From the IMG/VR virus record IMGVR_UViG_3300028800_000057: a DNA stretch of 64,000 bases; one strand, given 5' to 3'. Both the position numbers and the translations under genes were made by a program. Each line of letters begins with the position of its first letter. Position 1 is the first letter of the stretch. A model generated the notes under the pieces. The model searched no databases. It saw only the letters and a list, made by a program, of their open reading frames with translations, and had not been told where the DNA came from. Shown here piece after piece: positions 17,541 through 27,397 of the stretch. Source of the DNA: a virus. Its lineage: Duplodnaviria > Heunggongvirae > Uroviricota > Caudoviricetes.

Positions 17541-18834
17541 GTGTTGATCCGATTATGAGTAGGTGGGGTTTGAAGGACTGTCGACGCAGAGAAGCGTGCT
17601 CAACGCATTCGTAGGTGTTGATCCGATTATGAGTAGGTGGGGTTTGAAGGGAGTTGCTCGTCAGTCCCTTCTGGGAGGGCTAGGCGGGGTGTTGATCCGA
17701 TTATGAGTAGGTGGGGTTTGAAGGTGACTCGCTGCTATTCCCGGTCGTCTCGGCACTTGGCGGTGTTGATCCGATTATGAGTAGGTGGGGTTTGAAGGGG
17801 CGAGGACGACAACGACGTTATGTCGTTGATCTCGAGTGTTGATCCGATTATGAGTAGGTGGGGTTTGAAGGTCTGAACTCGGTTGGGACTCGGTCAGGTA
17901 CTTGGTCAGTGTTGATCCGATTATGAGTAGGTGGGGTTTGAAGGCAGGTCATCAGAGTCCAGGTGTTGATCCGATTATGAGTAGGTGGGGTTTGAAGGAA
18001 TCCGACAAGCGGCCTCGCCGTAGACCTCACTTACGGTGTTGATCCGATTATGAGTAGGTGGGGTTTGAAGGTTCGATTTTGAGGCCGTCAATCTTGGCTA
18101 GCGCGTTGTGTTGATCCGATTATGAGTAGGTGGTTCTTGAAGGGATCAAGCCCGATGAAGGTGTTACGCCGGGCATGAACGTGTTGATCCGATTCTGAGT
18201 AGGTGGTGCTTGAAGGGCCGTTAGCTAGCCCCATCGCATAGTGACTAGGGTTGTGTTGATCCGATTATGAGTAGGTGGGGTTTGAAGGGTTATGTCAGCC
18301 ACACGCCAACGTGGCCCGTTCTCGCGTGTTGATCCGATTATGAGTAGGTGGGGTTTGAAGGATTCGGCAAAGGGAGGAAAAGGGGGCCGGATTTCGCGTG
18401 TTGATCCGATTATGAGTAGGTGGGGTTTGAAGGGGCTCACGAGCATTAGGATGTCGGCGCGGGTGGGATTGTGTTGATCCGATTCTGAGTAGGTGGTTCT
18501 TGAAGGTCGCCTCGCTTGGCATAGTCAATTTTCGCCAATAGGTGTTGATTCGATTCTGAGTAGGTGGGGTTTGAAGGCAATCTATCGATTGGAACCATTG
18601 CTAGTCGACTTCTTGTGTTGATCCGATTATGAGTAGGTGGTTCTTGAAGGTTCGTCGGAGAGTTCGAGCACAACGGCCCAAATGCGTGGTTGATCCTATT
18701 CTGAGTAGGTGGTGCTTGAAGGATGCATTGACTACGACCAGCAACCCGCAATAGCCAAGTTCTGACCCCATTATCAGTAGGTGGGGTTTGAAGGGCCAGG
18801 TGTTGATCTGATTCTGAGTAGGTGGTATTGAAGG
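17541..18834 (+). CRISPR. CRISPR array, 19 repeats / 18 spacers; repeat GTGTTGATCCGATTATGAGTAGGTGGGGTTTGAAGG (36 nt)
   Basis: Repeats 1-8 identical; degeneration from 18108 onward places the leader on the cas12 side; spacers 35-38 nt except one of 18 nt and one of 5 nt. Confidence 0.98.
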
Positions 18835-19262
18835 GGGCCCCACATCACCTCGTAGAGCTCGTCAAAGCCTTCCGCCAGGGTTGGGTCCACGAACCTTTGA
18901 GCCGTGATGAGGATGCCCACGCGCGGGACGAATGCCTTCCCTGTCCGTTGAGCATTCCTCTCCATAGACTGCTGAACATTGGATCTGAAATGGTATACGA
19001 TGACCCGTGCGGAGTAGTAACGCGCCAGAGCTACCAACTCAGCCCGTTCTTCAACACTCGGGTTCGTGTTGTCCACTACTAGGGACTTCCCTGCCTCGAG
19101 AGCCTCCCGAATGAGCAGAGTCTGTCTCACAGACTTTGGAGTCCGATTCTTGCGACTACGAGTCATCAAGTCCTTGCTCACAAGGACATAGTCGGGAAAG
19201 AGCACCTTTTGAAAGGTGCTCTTTCCCGATGCCTGCAGGCCAACAAGAATGATGAGATCCAT
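18774..19262 (-). CDS. AAA_33 / polynucleotide-kinase-like P-loop protein
   Basis: LIILVGLQASGKST Walker A; VVDNTN; 3' end overlaps terminal CRISPR repeats. Confidence 0.85.
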   Translation of the reverse strand: MDLIILVGLQASGKSTFQKVLFPDYVLVSKDLMTRSRKNRTPKSVRQTLLIREALEAGKSLVVDNTNPSVEERAELVALARYYSARVIVYHFRSNVQQSMERNAQRTGKAFVPRVGILITAQRFVDPTLAEGFDELYEVMWGPLQYHLLRIRSTPGPSNPTY

Positions 19263-19266
19263 CGAA

Positions 19267-20019
19267 CTACTTGAGATTCTGCAGTATTTGAGTCACAAGA
19301 TCAACATATTCGTCCCCATAGGGTAGATTCCGGTCGATGTAGATCTTCCGTCTTTGAGCAATACTGGATGTCTTGGTCTTGGGGTTGAATCCAGTTTTCT
19401 CGAAACCATGCCAATAGAGCCCGGTCCCACGCTTCTGCCATAGAGGAACGTTGTTGAAGTTGATCCCGTTCTTGTGCAGTATTTCGTTCTTGGTAGAGAA
19501 GGTGGCCCCTTCGAGCCCCTCCGTCGCCTGCTTGGCGGTATGCCCGGATCTCCTCATTGTCCAGTAGCACCAGGAGTTGATACAGCACCGGGAAGCGTCC
19601 AGCTGCCTCCAACGGAAGTAGTCCAGCACATTGGATGTCAACGGCCCAACCCATAACCGACTGTCGAAGTGAGCCGCCTGACCTAGTTGAATCGAGAAGG
19701 TCGAGGAAGCTATCCCTGCAGAGACCGACACCAGCTTCTCCACCTCGCGGCCAAATAGATCCGTATCGCGAGGCAATAGAACAGAAATCTCGTCACTCTC
19801 CGTGAACGCATACAACCCTCCAAGCTCGACCAAGAGAATCGCCGCTGTCTCGACCATAGACTCGTGAAACTTCACGTCAAATGGGTGATCCATCCCACGA
19901 GTCAGCTTCGTAAAGCTCCGCCCATCAACGCGGATGATCGTGTAAGTATCGGGGAGAACCTCCAATGAGTGGTAGTACTCAAGCCGGCGCATCCTCGCTT
20001 CTAGGGTGTCGCTTTTCAT
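19267..20019 (-). CDS. thg1: tRNA(His) guanylyltransferase Thg1-like protein
   Basis: RVDGRSFTKLT, ESDEISVL, FDSR, YF.WRQ.DA.R..IN, FN.VP.WQKRG motifs. Confidence 0.92.
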   Translation of the reverse strand: MKSDTLEARMRRLEYYHSLEVLPDTYTIIRVDGRSFTKLTRGMDHPFDVKFHESMVETAAILLVELGGLYAFTESDEISVLLPRDTDLFGREVEKLVSVSAGIASSTFSIQLGQAAHFDSRLWVGPLTSNVLDYFRWRQLDASRCCINSWCYWTMRRSGHTAKQATEGLEGATFSTKNEILHKNGINFNNVPLWQKRGTGLYWHGFEKTGFNPKTKTSSIAQRRKIYIDRNLPYGDEYVDLVTQILQNLK

Positions 20020-20291
20020 CTCTGTACTCCCCCGTCACCAGTAATGCGAAGGATCTTGGTAGGCTGGACATTCATGTGAACAAGATGCTCCTGACCATTC
20101 ACCGTGCGCACGTACTGATACTCACGAGGGGAATTGGGGTCACCAAAGTCCGCAATTACCACCTGACCGTCAGCCAGGAAACCCATAAAATTGCCAACCC
20201 CAACAGCGGCCACATCCACCGTCGAAGCTTCAACTACCAGAACCTGAGAGTCAATGTGGCCTTTCGGCCCAGTAACTAAGAATAAACTCAC
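20016..20291 (-). CDS. Hypothetical protein, paralog of 20942-21289
   Basis: F.VTGP...VL.EA.T.D.AA.G and REY.Y.R shared. Confidence 0.7.
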   Translation of the reverse strand: MSLFLVTGPKGHIDSQVLVVEASTVDVAAVGVGNFMGFLADGQVVIADFGDPNSPREYQYVRTVNGQEHLVHMNVQPTKILRITGDGGVQR

Positions 20292-20957
20292 GACTTTATC
20301 TCCTCAACGGGCCAGATGATGTACGGACCCTGACCCGACGTTTGAATCACGAACCATCCCGCTTCTGGGTGGTGAGCTATCGCGGTTGGTACTCCGTCAC
20401 CGTTTTCACTCGTGAAGAGTTCAATCGCTTCAGGGGGCGCCCCGGTACGGTCCGTGACGATGAAGGTCTCGAGCTCCCCGGCACTTGGTCGACTCATGGT
20501 TTCTTGTGATCATCACCCACCGTGACAAGGTGAGTTACCGTCCCCGAGAAGTCGTAGGGCCCATCTGAGACGTGGACAGCTTCAGCCTTGCAACTATGAC
20601 TCTGAGCCAGAGACCTTGCCCAGCCCTCTGCCCCAGCATCGTTACCACGATACGTGTGAACCTCACGCTTACCTGTATACTTGTCCGTGTACCGAATTTC
20701 GTAACTCATGGCTTCTTCAACTCCTTGATCCTAGACACCACTTTGTCATACCGCCCCTGAAGCAAGGTCATGTCATCCCACGCAGCTTGGTTCGCTTCCT
20801 CGCTCCCGAGGTCGTCTAGAGACTGAAGAGCACAGATAGCCGAGTGGAGCTCGTCTCGTAATGATATGAGATCATTCAGGTTGTCTGGGTTAGCTTCCCC
20901 GCGCGCCTTTGCCCGTGCACCATCGTCCAACCGTCTCTTATCTACTGCTGAGGGCAT
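20288..20957 (-). other. Three coupled small hypothetical genes (20288-20497, 20494-20709, 20706-20957)
   Basis: Consecutive 4-nt stop/start overlaps. Confidence 0.65.
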
Positions 20958-21289
20958 GCTACCCCTGGTTCGGCAAGGATAACCCCATCACCGTTCACCT
21001 GAACCGTCACTTTGGGGGTGATCTTGTAGTACTCGTAGTCCCCAGAAACCTCTGTACCCCGTATGTAACGGTACTCACGAGCTGAATCAGCAAACCTGAA
21101 GTCTACTATCTGGGCGTGACCGTCTACCTCAATCCCGAGGTGAGCCCCGGCCCCAAGAGCAGCAGCGTCAATAGTCGGCGCTTCGATGAGTACCATCCGT
21201 TGTTCTTTTGAATTTACAGGTCCGGTCACTATGAACATCATGGTGTGACAGCCATACCAGAAACGGCTATTCCAAGTCAAGCTGGACAA
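20942..21289 (-). CDS. Hypothetical protein, paralog of 20016-20291 (start probably ~21241)
   Basis: Shared motifs as above. Confidence 0.65.
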   Translation of the reverse strand: MSSLTWNSRFWYGCHTMMFIVTGPVNSKEQRMVLIEAPTIDAAALGAGAHLGIEVDGHAQIVDFRFADSAREYRYIRGTEVSGDYEYYKITPKVTVQVNGDGVILAEPGVACPQQ

Positions 21290-21337
21290 TGGCCAGTTTT
21301 AGGTTGAGAATCGTCATCCTCGCGCGTAATACGAATC

Positions 21338-21643
21338 ATGACTACTGAACGACGATGTCTGTTTGCCTGTGGTGTTGAACTGGTACTTGAAAACGGCAAG
21401 GTCACTATTCCCGGTAAGAGCAATGACGGCCCGCTTCGTCAAGAGTATGCCGACAAGCTCGCTACCATGACTGATGACGAGTTCTTCGAGGCCTGCAAGA
21501 AGTACATCTGGCTCTCTGCCTACGCGAACAACAACCATAAGTCAGACTACCACTGGATGTGCGACGCCTGCACCCTCGAGAGCTGGCGCAGTGGTCGAGA
21601 ACACCTTTACGACAAGGCCTACAAGGAAGTCTCGAAGCAATAG
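21338..21643 (+). CDS. Hypothetical protein, probably leaderless
   Basis: TTGAGA-N15-CGTAAT-N7-ATG. Confidence 0.75.
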   Translation: MTTERRCLFACGVELVLENGKVTIPGKSNDGPLRQEYADKLATMTDDEFFEACKKYIWLSAYANNNHKSDYHWMCDACTLESWRSGREHLYDKAYKEVSKQ

Positions 21644-21819
21644 GCCACAGGGTAGCATGACCACCGCCATTATTGTAACCGACCGAGGGGAAGTCTTCCT
21701 TCATTGGGCCAGCGCTTCAAGGCTCACCCCTTCTGATGCAGAGGAATCCTATACCGTCCCAGAGTTTGGTACTCCCAAACGGATCACCTGAAACTTCTAC
21801 CTATGAGGACCTACCCAGT

Positions 21820-22506
21820 ATGACCCACGATCCGGTAGTCAAGGAACTGGTCGAGCGCGCAGAGCACATGCCCTCCCAGGGGGACAACTGGCCAGCCTTC
21901 ATAGATGCCATCCGGGAGTGCGATTATGATGTCACTGGCCCTATCTATCAAGGGGGTCCTAGTAGCCTGACTCGGAGTATCTCGATAGCTCTCGGCCCCA
22001 AGAAGGATGAGAAGGTCAGCCTGACTCGGTTGTTCCAAGAGTGGGATGACACCTACAAGCGAGAGCAGGCGCGTAGGGTCAGACAACGATACCTCGATGC
22101 AACCGTCGAAGTCACCTACTTGGATAAGAACGGAAAGCTAAAGAAGCCTGAGCGTATCCCCAAAGAAGATACCGACAAGCCGTGGAAGCCCGGCTGCCAC
22201 ATCCAAGAGGAAGGCGCCCGAATCGAAGGACGAGGATGGGACAAGGATCCACAACCCACCTTCGTTCTGAAAACAACCCCAATCGGTACCGAGACACCAA
22301 CGGGAACCATTGTGGGTAAGCGCAAGCTAGGCCCAACAGTCCAGTACCTCATCAAGCCCCGTAGCGCCCCCGCCGAGAAGAAGTACCTCGCACGACTCGA
22401 ACTCGAGTCACTACGGACTCAGCTCAAGATCAACCTGGACTACATGAGCCCTGAGACCATTCAGAAGACCCACGATAGAATTGAAGTCCTCAAGCACAAG
22501 GTGTAA
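21820..22506 (+). CDS. Hypothetical protein
   Basis: Long ORF (open from 21736), ATG 21820. Confidence 0.7.
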   Translation: MTHDPVVKELVERAEHMPSQGDNWPAFIDAIRECDYDVTGPIYQGGPSSLTRSISIALGPKKDEKVSLTRLFQEWDDTYKREQARRVRQRYLDATVEVTYLDKNGKLKKPERIPKEDTDKPWKPGCHIQEEGARIEGRGWDKDPQPTFVLKTTPIGTETPTGTIVGKRKLGPTVQYLIKPRSAPAEKKYLARLELESLRTQLKINLDYMSPETIQKTHDRIEVLKHKV

Positions 22507-22518
22507 CCTCGGGTCACT

Positions 22519-22776
22519 ATGAGAGTCAAAGACCTGATTGAAGCCCTATCGAAGCTTGACCCTGAGCTGTTGGTTGTACTCGCCCAAGATGAAGAGGGTA
22601 ATGGTTACGACAAGTTGGGTGATATCGACGACAACTTCGTCTTCAACGATGACCATGAGGCTCGCTTACATCACTTAACCCCAGAGCTGGAAGAGCATGG
22701 GTGGACCGAGAGTGATGTTGACAATGGACCTGAATTCATTCGGTGCGTGGTTTTGGGTCCTGGGTCTCAGGACTAG
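22519..22776 (+). CDS. Small conserved-type phage protein (M.V.DLIE.L...DPEL.V)
   Basis: Common phage N-terminal pattern. Confidence 0.7.
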   Translation: MRVKDLIEALSKLDPELLVVLAQDEEGNGYDKLGDIDDNFVFNDDHEARLHHLTPELEEHGWTESDVDNGPEFIRCVVLGPGSQD

Positions 22777-22779
22777 ACA

Positions 22780-23580
22780 TCACGGCAATGGTATCCACGA
22801 GGCGACTAGTAATTTCTCAATGCGAGGCCCTGACCCACAGTAAAGTTCAGGGGTGCCTTCCTTCAGATAGAAGCGAGACCCCCCATCCATTACTAAAGTA
22901 GGTGAGGTCAGTCTACCAGATGAGATCAGTTCACATTGAAATCCATCAGCTCTTATCGAGCTGATCAGTTCTCCCAGGCTTGGCAAAAAGAAGTCCTCTG
23001 GTATCTTGACCTTAGCTAGTACAACCCCACGATAGGACGATAACTGATCGGATGCAGCTTCTTGAACTAAGCCATTCCAGGTTTGCTTCAACTCAACCAA
23101 CACATGGCTTGTATTCTCAAGATCACGGATCTGAGACTCCTTGTGTTGATTGATTAGCATCTCCTCATGAGCCTTCTCAATCTTTGTTTGGAGCTCTCGT
23201 ATTTGGTTTGCATCCAGATGTTCAATCATGGGGTACACTACACCTTCACTGAGCACGGTCTCGATGTCCTTGAGAAGCTCCTCACCCTTGGAGGTAATCC
23301 AGGAGCAACGAATTGTCGCCCCATGCTCGATGTAGTCCTGGTTGCTGGCCCATGAGAGGAAGAACATCGTGGGCATGTCCTCGTACCTGTTGGTATCCCA
23401 TGTCGACTGCCCAACATGGAGTCTAAACATCTCGACGATGTACCGGAGGATCGCATCCGAGTCCCCGCAGTCACAGAGGGGTAGAACACCTTGCTTGAGG
23501 TAAGCCGCCCGAGTAGCCCAGACGACCCCATTCTCATCGTAGTACCCATCCTCTGGGTCATAGACCAGCTTATCAAGCAT
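22780..23580 (-). CDS. Hypothetical protein
   Basis: 266-aa ORF. Confidence 0.7.
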   Translation of the reverse strand: MLDKLVYDPEDGYYDENGVVWATRAAYLKQGVLPLCDCGDSDAILRYIVEMFRLHVGQSTWDTNRYEDMPTMFFLSWASNQDYIEHGATIRCSWITSKGEELLKDIETVLSEGVVYPMIEHLDANQIRELQTKIEKAHEEMLINQHKESQIRDLENTSHVLVELKQTWNGLVQEAASDQLSSYRGVVLAKVKIPEDFFLPSLGELISSIRADGFQCELISSGRLTSPTLVMDGGSRFYLKEGTPELYCGSGPRIEKLLVASWIPLP

Positions 23581-23757
23581 TGCTACTTTCGCTTCCCTTT
23601 GAGCTCCACCCCAAATAGTTTTTGAATTGCTATCAGATCTGCAGGGTCAGGCTTCAAACAGCGCCTCTTAGACTGATTGTCAACGGTATCCAGGAGTAAT
23701 TGAGCAAACTTCTGGTCAGTCTCGGTAGATGCTTTACTTCTCATGGTGGTTACCCAT

Positions 23758-24180
23758 CTAGTTCCACGGTGAATAGTCAGGCATGAGCACTGTCACCCCA
23801 GTGCCTCGCCCTACGGATACGCTCCAAGACCCAGCCGAGTCCTCAAGTAAGATCTCAGTAGGGACAGGGTAAGCTATATAAACCCCACCATGCCAGCCAA
23901 TAGCCACATAGTGGTACCTACTGCATCGACTCGGTTGAGAGCGATTAGGAGCACAGAGTTCGAACCGTTGGATCCAAGGAGTATCCTCATGAACAGATAG
24001 AACAGCAACCCGCTGATTCATCTCTTTAGTCTCTTCAAATCCATCATATTGACCAGAGAACACTCCACACTCAGGATGGTTATCCCTAGTGGAACCGTCC
24101 CTGGTCTCCAGCTCTACTACAACTCGATGAGAGTACTGACCAGGATCAATGATAAACTTGCCTGAAAGTTGAATCAACAT
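23758..24180 (-). CDS. Hypothetical protein
   Basis: 140-aa ORF. Confidence 0.6.
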   Translation of the reverse strand: MLIQLSGKFIIDPGQYSHRVVVELETRDGSTRDNHPECGVFSGQYDGFEETKEMNQRVAVLSVHEDTPWIQRFELCAPNRSQPSRCSRYHYVAIGWHGGVYIAYPVPTEILLEDSAGSWSVSVGRGTGVTVLMPDYSPWN

Positions 24181-24464
24181 GACTTACTTAATCCTACCCA
24201 CCACGCCACGACCACCAACCGTTTTATGCATCACCGTGACGTCCCGAGCGATCTCAGGAGGCCGAGGCTCATCACAGAAGGGTGAAGTAGCAAACGGGTA
24301 CTCATGAACAACCTCAACAGGTTCGCAGGTCATAGCAACATTTCCATCTTCGCCCACGAACTCGGAGGGGTACTGAACTGAAGTCAGTGTGACCTGACCA
24401 TCAACCACTTCCCCCTTGTAGGTGGCCCTGTTTGGGTTCTCTTTATCGTCAGCCATGCCAATAC

Positions 24465-24959
24465 CTACACCGTCAAGCGCTTGGCCAGGTCCTTTGCATA
24501 GTTGGCTAGCCACCCGTTCGAGTATTCCACTTCTTTCCCAGCACACTTCTCTACGTCCTCTTGGAGGATGGCTTCCACCTCACCCGGGGTCATGTGGTCC
24601 CGCATCAAGGTATAGAGAAACGATACGAGCGGATCCGAACTACGGACTGATCCGCTTCGAGCCCTCAAGTCAAGCACTCGAATCGGGTTGTTCTTAAGGG
24701 CTTGAATCCGATTCCAGAGCTCCTTACGACTCTCTTGACTAGACCTATCCCGTACCATGCTCAGGGTCGATTCAAACAATCGAAGTGGTATCGACCACGT
24801 CTGACGTATCGCCCCCTCCTCAGACGCCACCCAGGTCAAGGTGGGCTCAGGAACTCGACCATCCGCGTACCCTATCGATACCTCGGGGCGCACGGATTGA
24901 TACGCGTTCAATGAAGTCAATAGGCCCTGTGCAGTATCCCAAACCGTGTCAACAGCCAT
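24465..24959 (-). CDS. Hypothetical protein
   Basis: 164-aa ORF; GGTGTA 11 nt upstream. Confidence 0.7.
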   Translation of the reverse strand: MAVDTVWDTAQGLLTSLNAYQSVRPEVSIGYADGRVPEPTLTWVASEEGAIRQTWSIPLRLFESTLSMVRDRSSQESRKELWNRIQALKNNPIRVLDLRARSGSVRSSDPLVSFLYTLMRDHMTPGEVEAILQEDVEKCAGKEVEYSNGWLANYAKDLAKRLTV

Positions 24960-25008
24960 AGGTGACTGGTTACACCGTGGAAGATGACCTGTCTAGGGGG
25001 AACCGATC

Positions 25009-25512
25009 CTATTCTGCTACAGCCGTACCAGGAATGATAGCTTCAAGGTCCATTCCAGCTGAAGCGAATAAGGCCTCCCGATGGACCCCGTATAAGAGCT
25101 CCATAATAACTCGGATACTTCCCAAAGGCTCTATGAACCGCTCCTCTTCAGGGTAGATGCTGAGGAAGTTCTCGGTATCAATGATGACTTCCCTGATGCC
25201 TTGGATGACCTCACCCCAGGTCCAGTCAATAGGCTGACTCAGATTGTCAAGTATTATTTGATACTCATGGTACCTATCGTGAGTTGGCCTAACCATCGAC
25301 TGGGCAAACTTCACGCGCCCTTCCTCATTGAACAGGTACGCTTGATAGATCTCGCGCTTCTGGCTCCTGGTCACGTGCGTCGGCTCAGATTGACCATCCA
25401 CCTCACGGTCAATATACAATTGAATCCGAGCCCTTATGCTCTCTTTAGTACAGCTGTCCACTAGGTTCGAGGATTCAAGCTGAGTCAGATACCACTTGAG
25501 ATCTGGGGCCAT
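25009..25512 (-). CDS. Hypothetical protein, paralog of 26839-27390 (YLF..EGR.K.AQSM..P motif)
   Basis: WYL.Q.....LVD.CT....R.RIQ.YID shared with the paralog. Confidence 0.75.
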   Translation of the reverse strand: MAPDLKWYLTQLESSNLVDSCTKESIRARIQLYIDREVDGQSEPTHVTRSQKREIYQAYLFNEEGRVKFAQSMVRPTHDRYHEYQIILDNLSQPIDWTWGEVIQGIREVIIDTENFLSIYPEEERFIEPLGSIRVIMELLYGVHREALFASAGMDLEAIIPGTAVAE

Positions 25513-25536
25513 ACTCTGCCTACACCATGGATAGTA

Positions 25537-26814
25537 CTATCGAATCCGAGCGCCACCCGCTTGGCAAACTTGGACGAATAGCTCTCGAGTGAAAGGCCCG
25601 AGAGCCCGCGGCCCCTTCGTCACCCACAGACGGAACGCCTCAGCAAAACCCTCTATTGGCTCCGTATCACCATAGTCAGAGATCTCCTCAACTTGAACTA
25701 CTTCTTTGTCCTTGAATTTGAGGCGACGTAGGTAGTCATCCGGATCAAAAGGCTCACTAGGCTTAGCACTGATAGACCTGATGTAGGTCTCAGAAAGCTC
25801 CCTGAACTTGATCTCATCAGCTCGACTCTTTGCAGCAGGTAGAGTCAAGTTCAGTATGTCCTTGGCATCCATGAAGGCCCAGTCCTTTGGAAGCTTGTCC
25901 ACAACAATGCGGTAGAAGTGCTCTATGTCCCTATCAGAGATAGTCACCCCTCGGTCACCGAGAATCTCTTCCCACTCAGTTCGAGCTTGCCCCGGAAGAC
26001 ACTTGAACCAGAACCGATGCCCGATCTCGTGAATCAAGGTATGCCCATCAGGGGCCGCTAGCATACCCAGTGGGTACAAGGTAAGTATATCTGTCGAAGG
26101 ATTGTACATCCCTGCTACATCGAACTCACGGGTATCAAACTTCAACAGGACATTCAACCCATCAAGCGCTATCGAGAATCCAGCCCTCCGAACCGTCTTC
26201 AAGTGCTTGCCCAATAGGTTCAAGATCTCAGCAGCGTAGTCGTCATCCTCCTTCCGACCAACGTTTTCAATGGTCACAGGGACGCCCGCTACCTCAAGAT
26301 GGTCCACAGCATCATAGCGAACCATCGTCCCGCCCTGAGAGGCTATGTACTCAGTCAGCTGCTTGTAAACCTTGGTGAACGCTACTTGGTACCGTTTGAT
26401 CCACCCCTCGCGCTTCTTTTTCAACTCATTTAGGTCAGGGCTGTATGTTACCGTATGGCTGTCTTTCCCATCCCATCGGGTCGGAAACAAGTCCCTAAGC
26501 ACGTGAATAAAGTTCCAAGTGCTCGTGCGAAGCTCCTTGATGAGATGGGCCTCTTCCTTGTCCATCTTGGGCAGTATGACCTTGTATACCCAAGCCTCAA
26601 ACCCGTCCCGAAAGGTGCGAAACAGCTTCTGCGCCTCATTGAAGTGCTCATACCCCTTCTCGCGCCCTGCAGTGTCATCCCACTCATAATCCAAGGGGAT
26701 GTCCCGATAGATCTTGGTCATGATCTTGAGGTCTTTTGCCCACTTATCGAGAGTCTTCTGGTCTATCACTGCCGCATAACGTCGGGCGACATTGCGAGCA
26801 ATCAGGTCGAACAT
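25537..26814 (-). CDS. Zincin-like metallopeptidase-domain protein
   Basis: VAGMYNP...LIHEIGHRFW (HExxH) and distal EGFAEAF. Confidence 0.75.
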   Translation of the reverse strand: MFDLIARNVARRYAAVIDQKTLDKWAKDLKIMTKIYRDIPLDYEWDDTAGREKGYEHFNEAQKLFRTFRDGFEAWVYKVILPKMDKEEAHLIKELRTSTWNFIHVLRDLFPTRWDGKDSHTVTYSPDLNELKKKREGWIKRYQVAFTKVYKQLTEYIASQGGTMVRYDAVDHLEVAGVPVTIENVGRKEDDDYAAEILNLLGKHLKTVRRAGFSIALDGLNVLLKFDTREFDVAGMYNPSTDILTLYPLGMLAAPDGHTLIHEIGHRFWFKCLPGQARTEWEEILGDRGVTISDRDIEHFYRIVVDKLPKDWAFMDAKDILNLTLPAAKSRADEIKFRELSETYIRSISAKPSEPFDPDDYLRRLKFKDKEVVQVEEISDYGDTEPIEGFAEAFRLWVTKGPRALGPFTRELFVQVCQAGGARIR

Positions 26815-26838
26815 ACCGTCAGGAAAGTATAAGTACTT

Positions 26839-27390
26839 TCAGTACTTGAATGGACCGTCAGGAGGAAGAATACTCAAGGGTAACTGGTCGAAAGCTGCCA
26901 CCCCAGTCCCACGAATCTGCGCATCACGGTCAAGGTTAGCACAAGCTTCAATCGCATTCTGGTAGAGAACATACTCAAGCGCCACCAACTCCCGTAGCTC
27001 GCAGACCGCAGGGGTGAACCGCTCGTCATCCGGAAGTATAGAGAAGAAGTTCTCGTGCTCGATAGTGAACCCCTCAAGGTTCTTCAAGAACTTATTCCAG
27101 GTCCAATCGAAGAACTGTGAACGTGTTTCTAGTATTTCACGATAGTGCTCGTACCTGACCCGAGCTGGCTTGGCCACCGCGATCACATACCGACCCCTAC
27201 CCTCACGACTGAACAAGTACTCGTTCAGTATGCTTCGCTTCACCTCGCGACTCGTATGCGACGGCCCCGATTGAGCCATCAGGAAGTCGATGTACCACTG
27301 GATGCGCCCCCGTAGAACAGGGTCAGTGCAATCATCGACCAGCTCCGCTTCCGAGATCTGATCCAAGTACCATTCAACGCAGGATGCCAT
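26839..27390 (-). CDS. Hypothetical protein, paralog of 25009-25512
   Basis: Shared motifs as above. Confidence 0.75.
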   Translation of the reverse strand: MASCVEWYLDQISEAELVDDCTDPVLRGRIQWYIDFLMAQSGPSHTSREVKRSILNEYLFSREGRGRYVIAVAKPARVRYEHYREILETRSQFFDWTWNKFLKNLEGFTIEHENFFSILPDDERFTPAVCELRELVALEYVLYQNAIEACANLDRDAQIRGTGVAAFDQLPLSILPPDGPFKY

Positions 27391-27397
27391 GAAGGGG

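Noticed and set aside
17577-18799. Self-targeting spacers within this window
   Set aside because: Only short chance matches noticed by eye; no protospacer found, though the search was not exhaustive and needs BLAST
17147-18843. ORFs on the minus strand across the array (17848-18030, 18225-18446, 18292-18477, 18295-18528, 18446-18751, 18601-18843)
   Set aside because: Translations of repeats (LQTPPTHNRINT etc.); shadow ORFs
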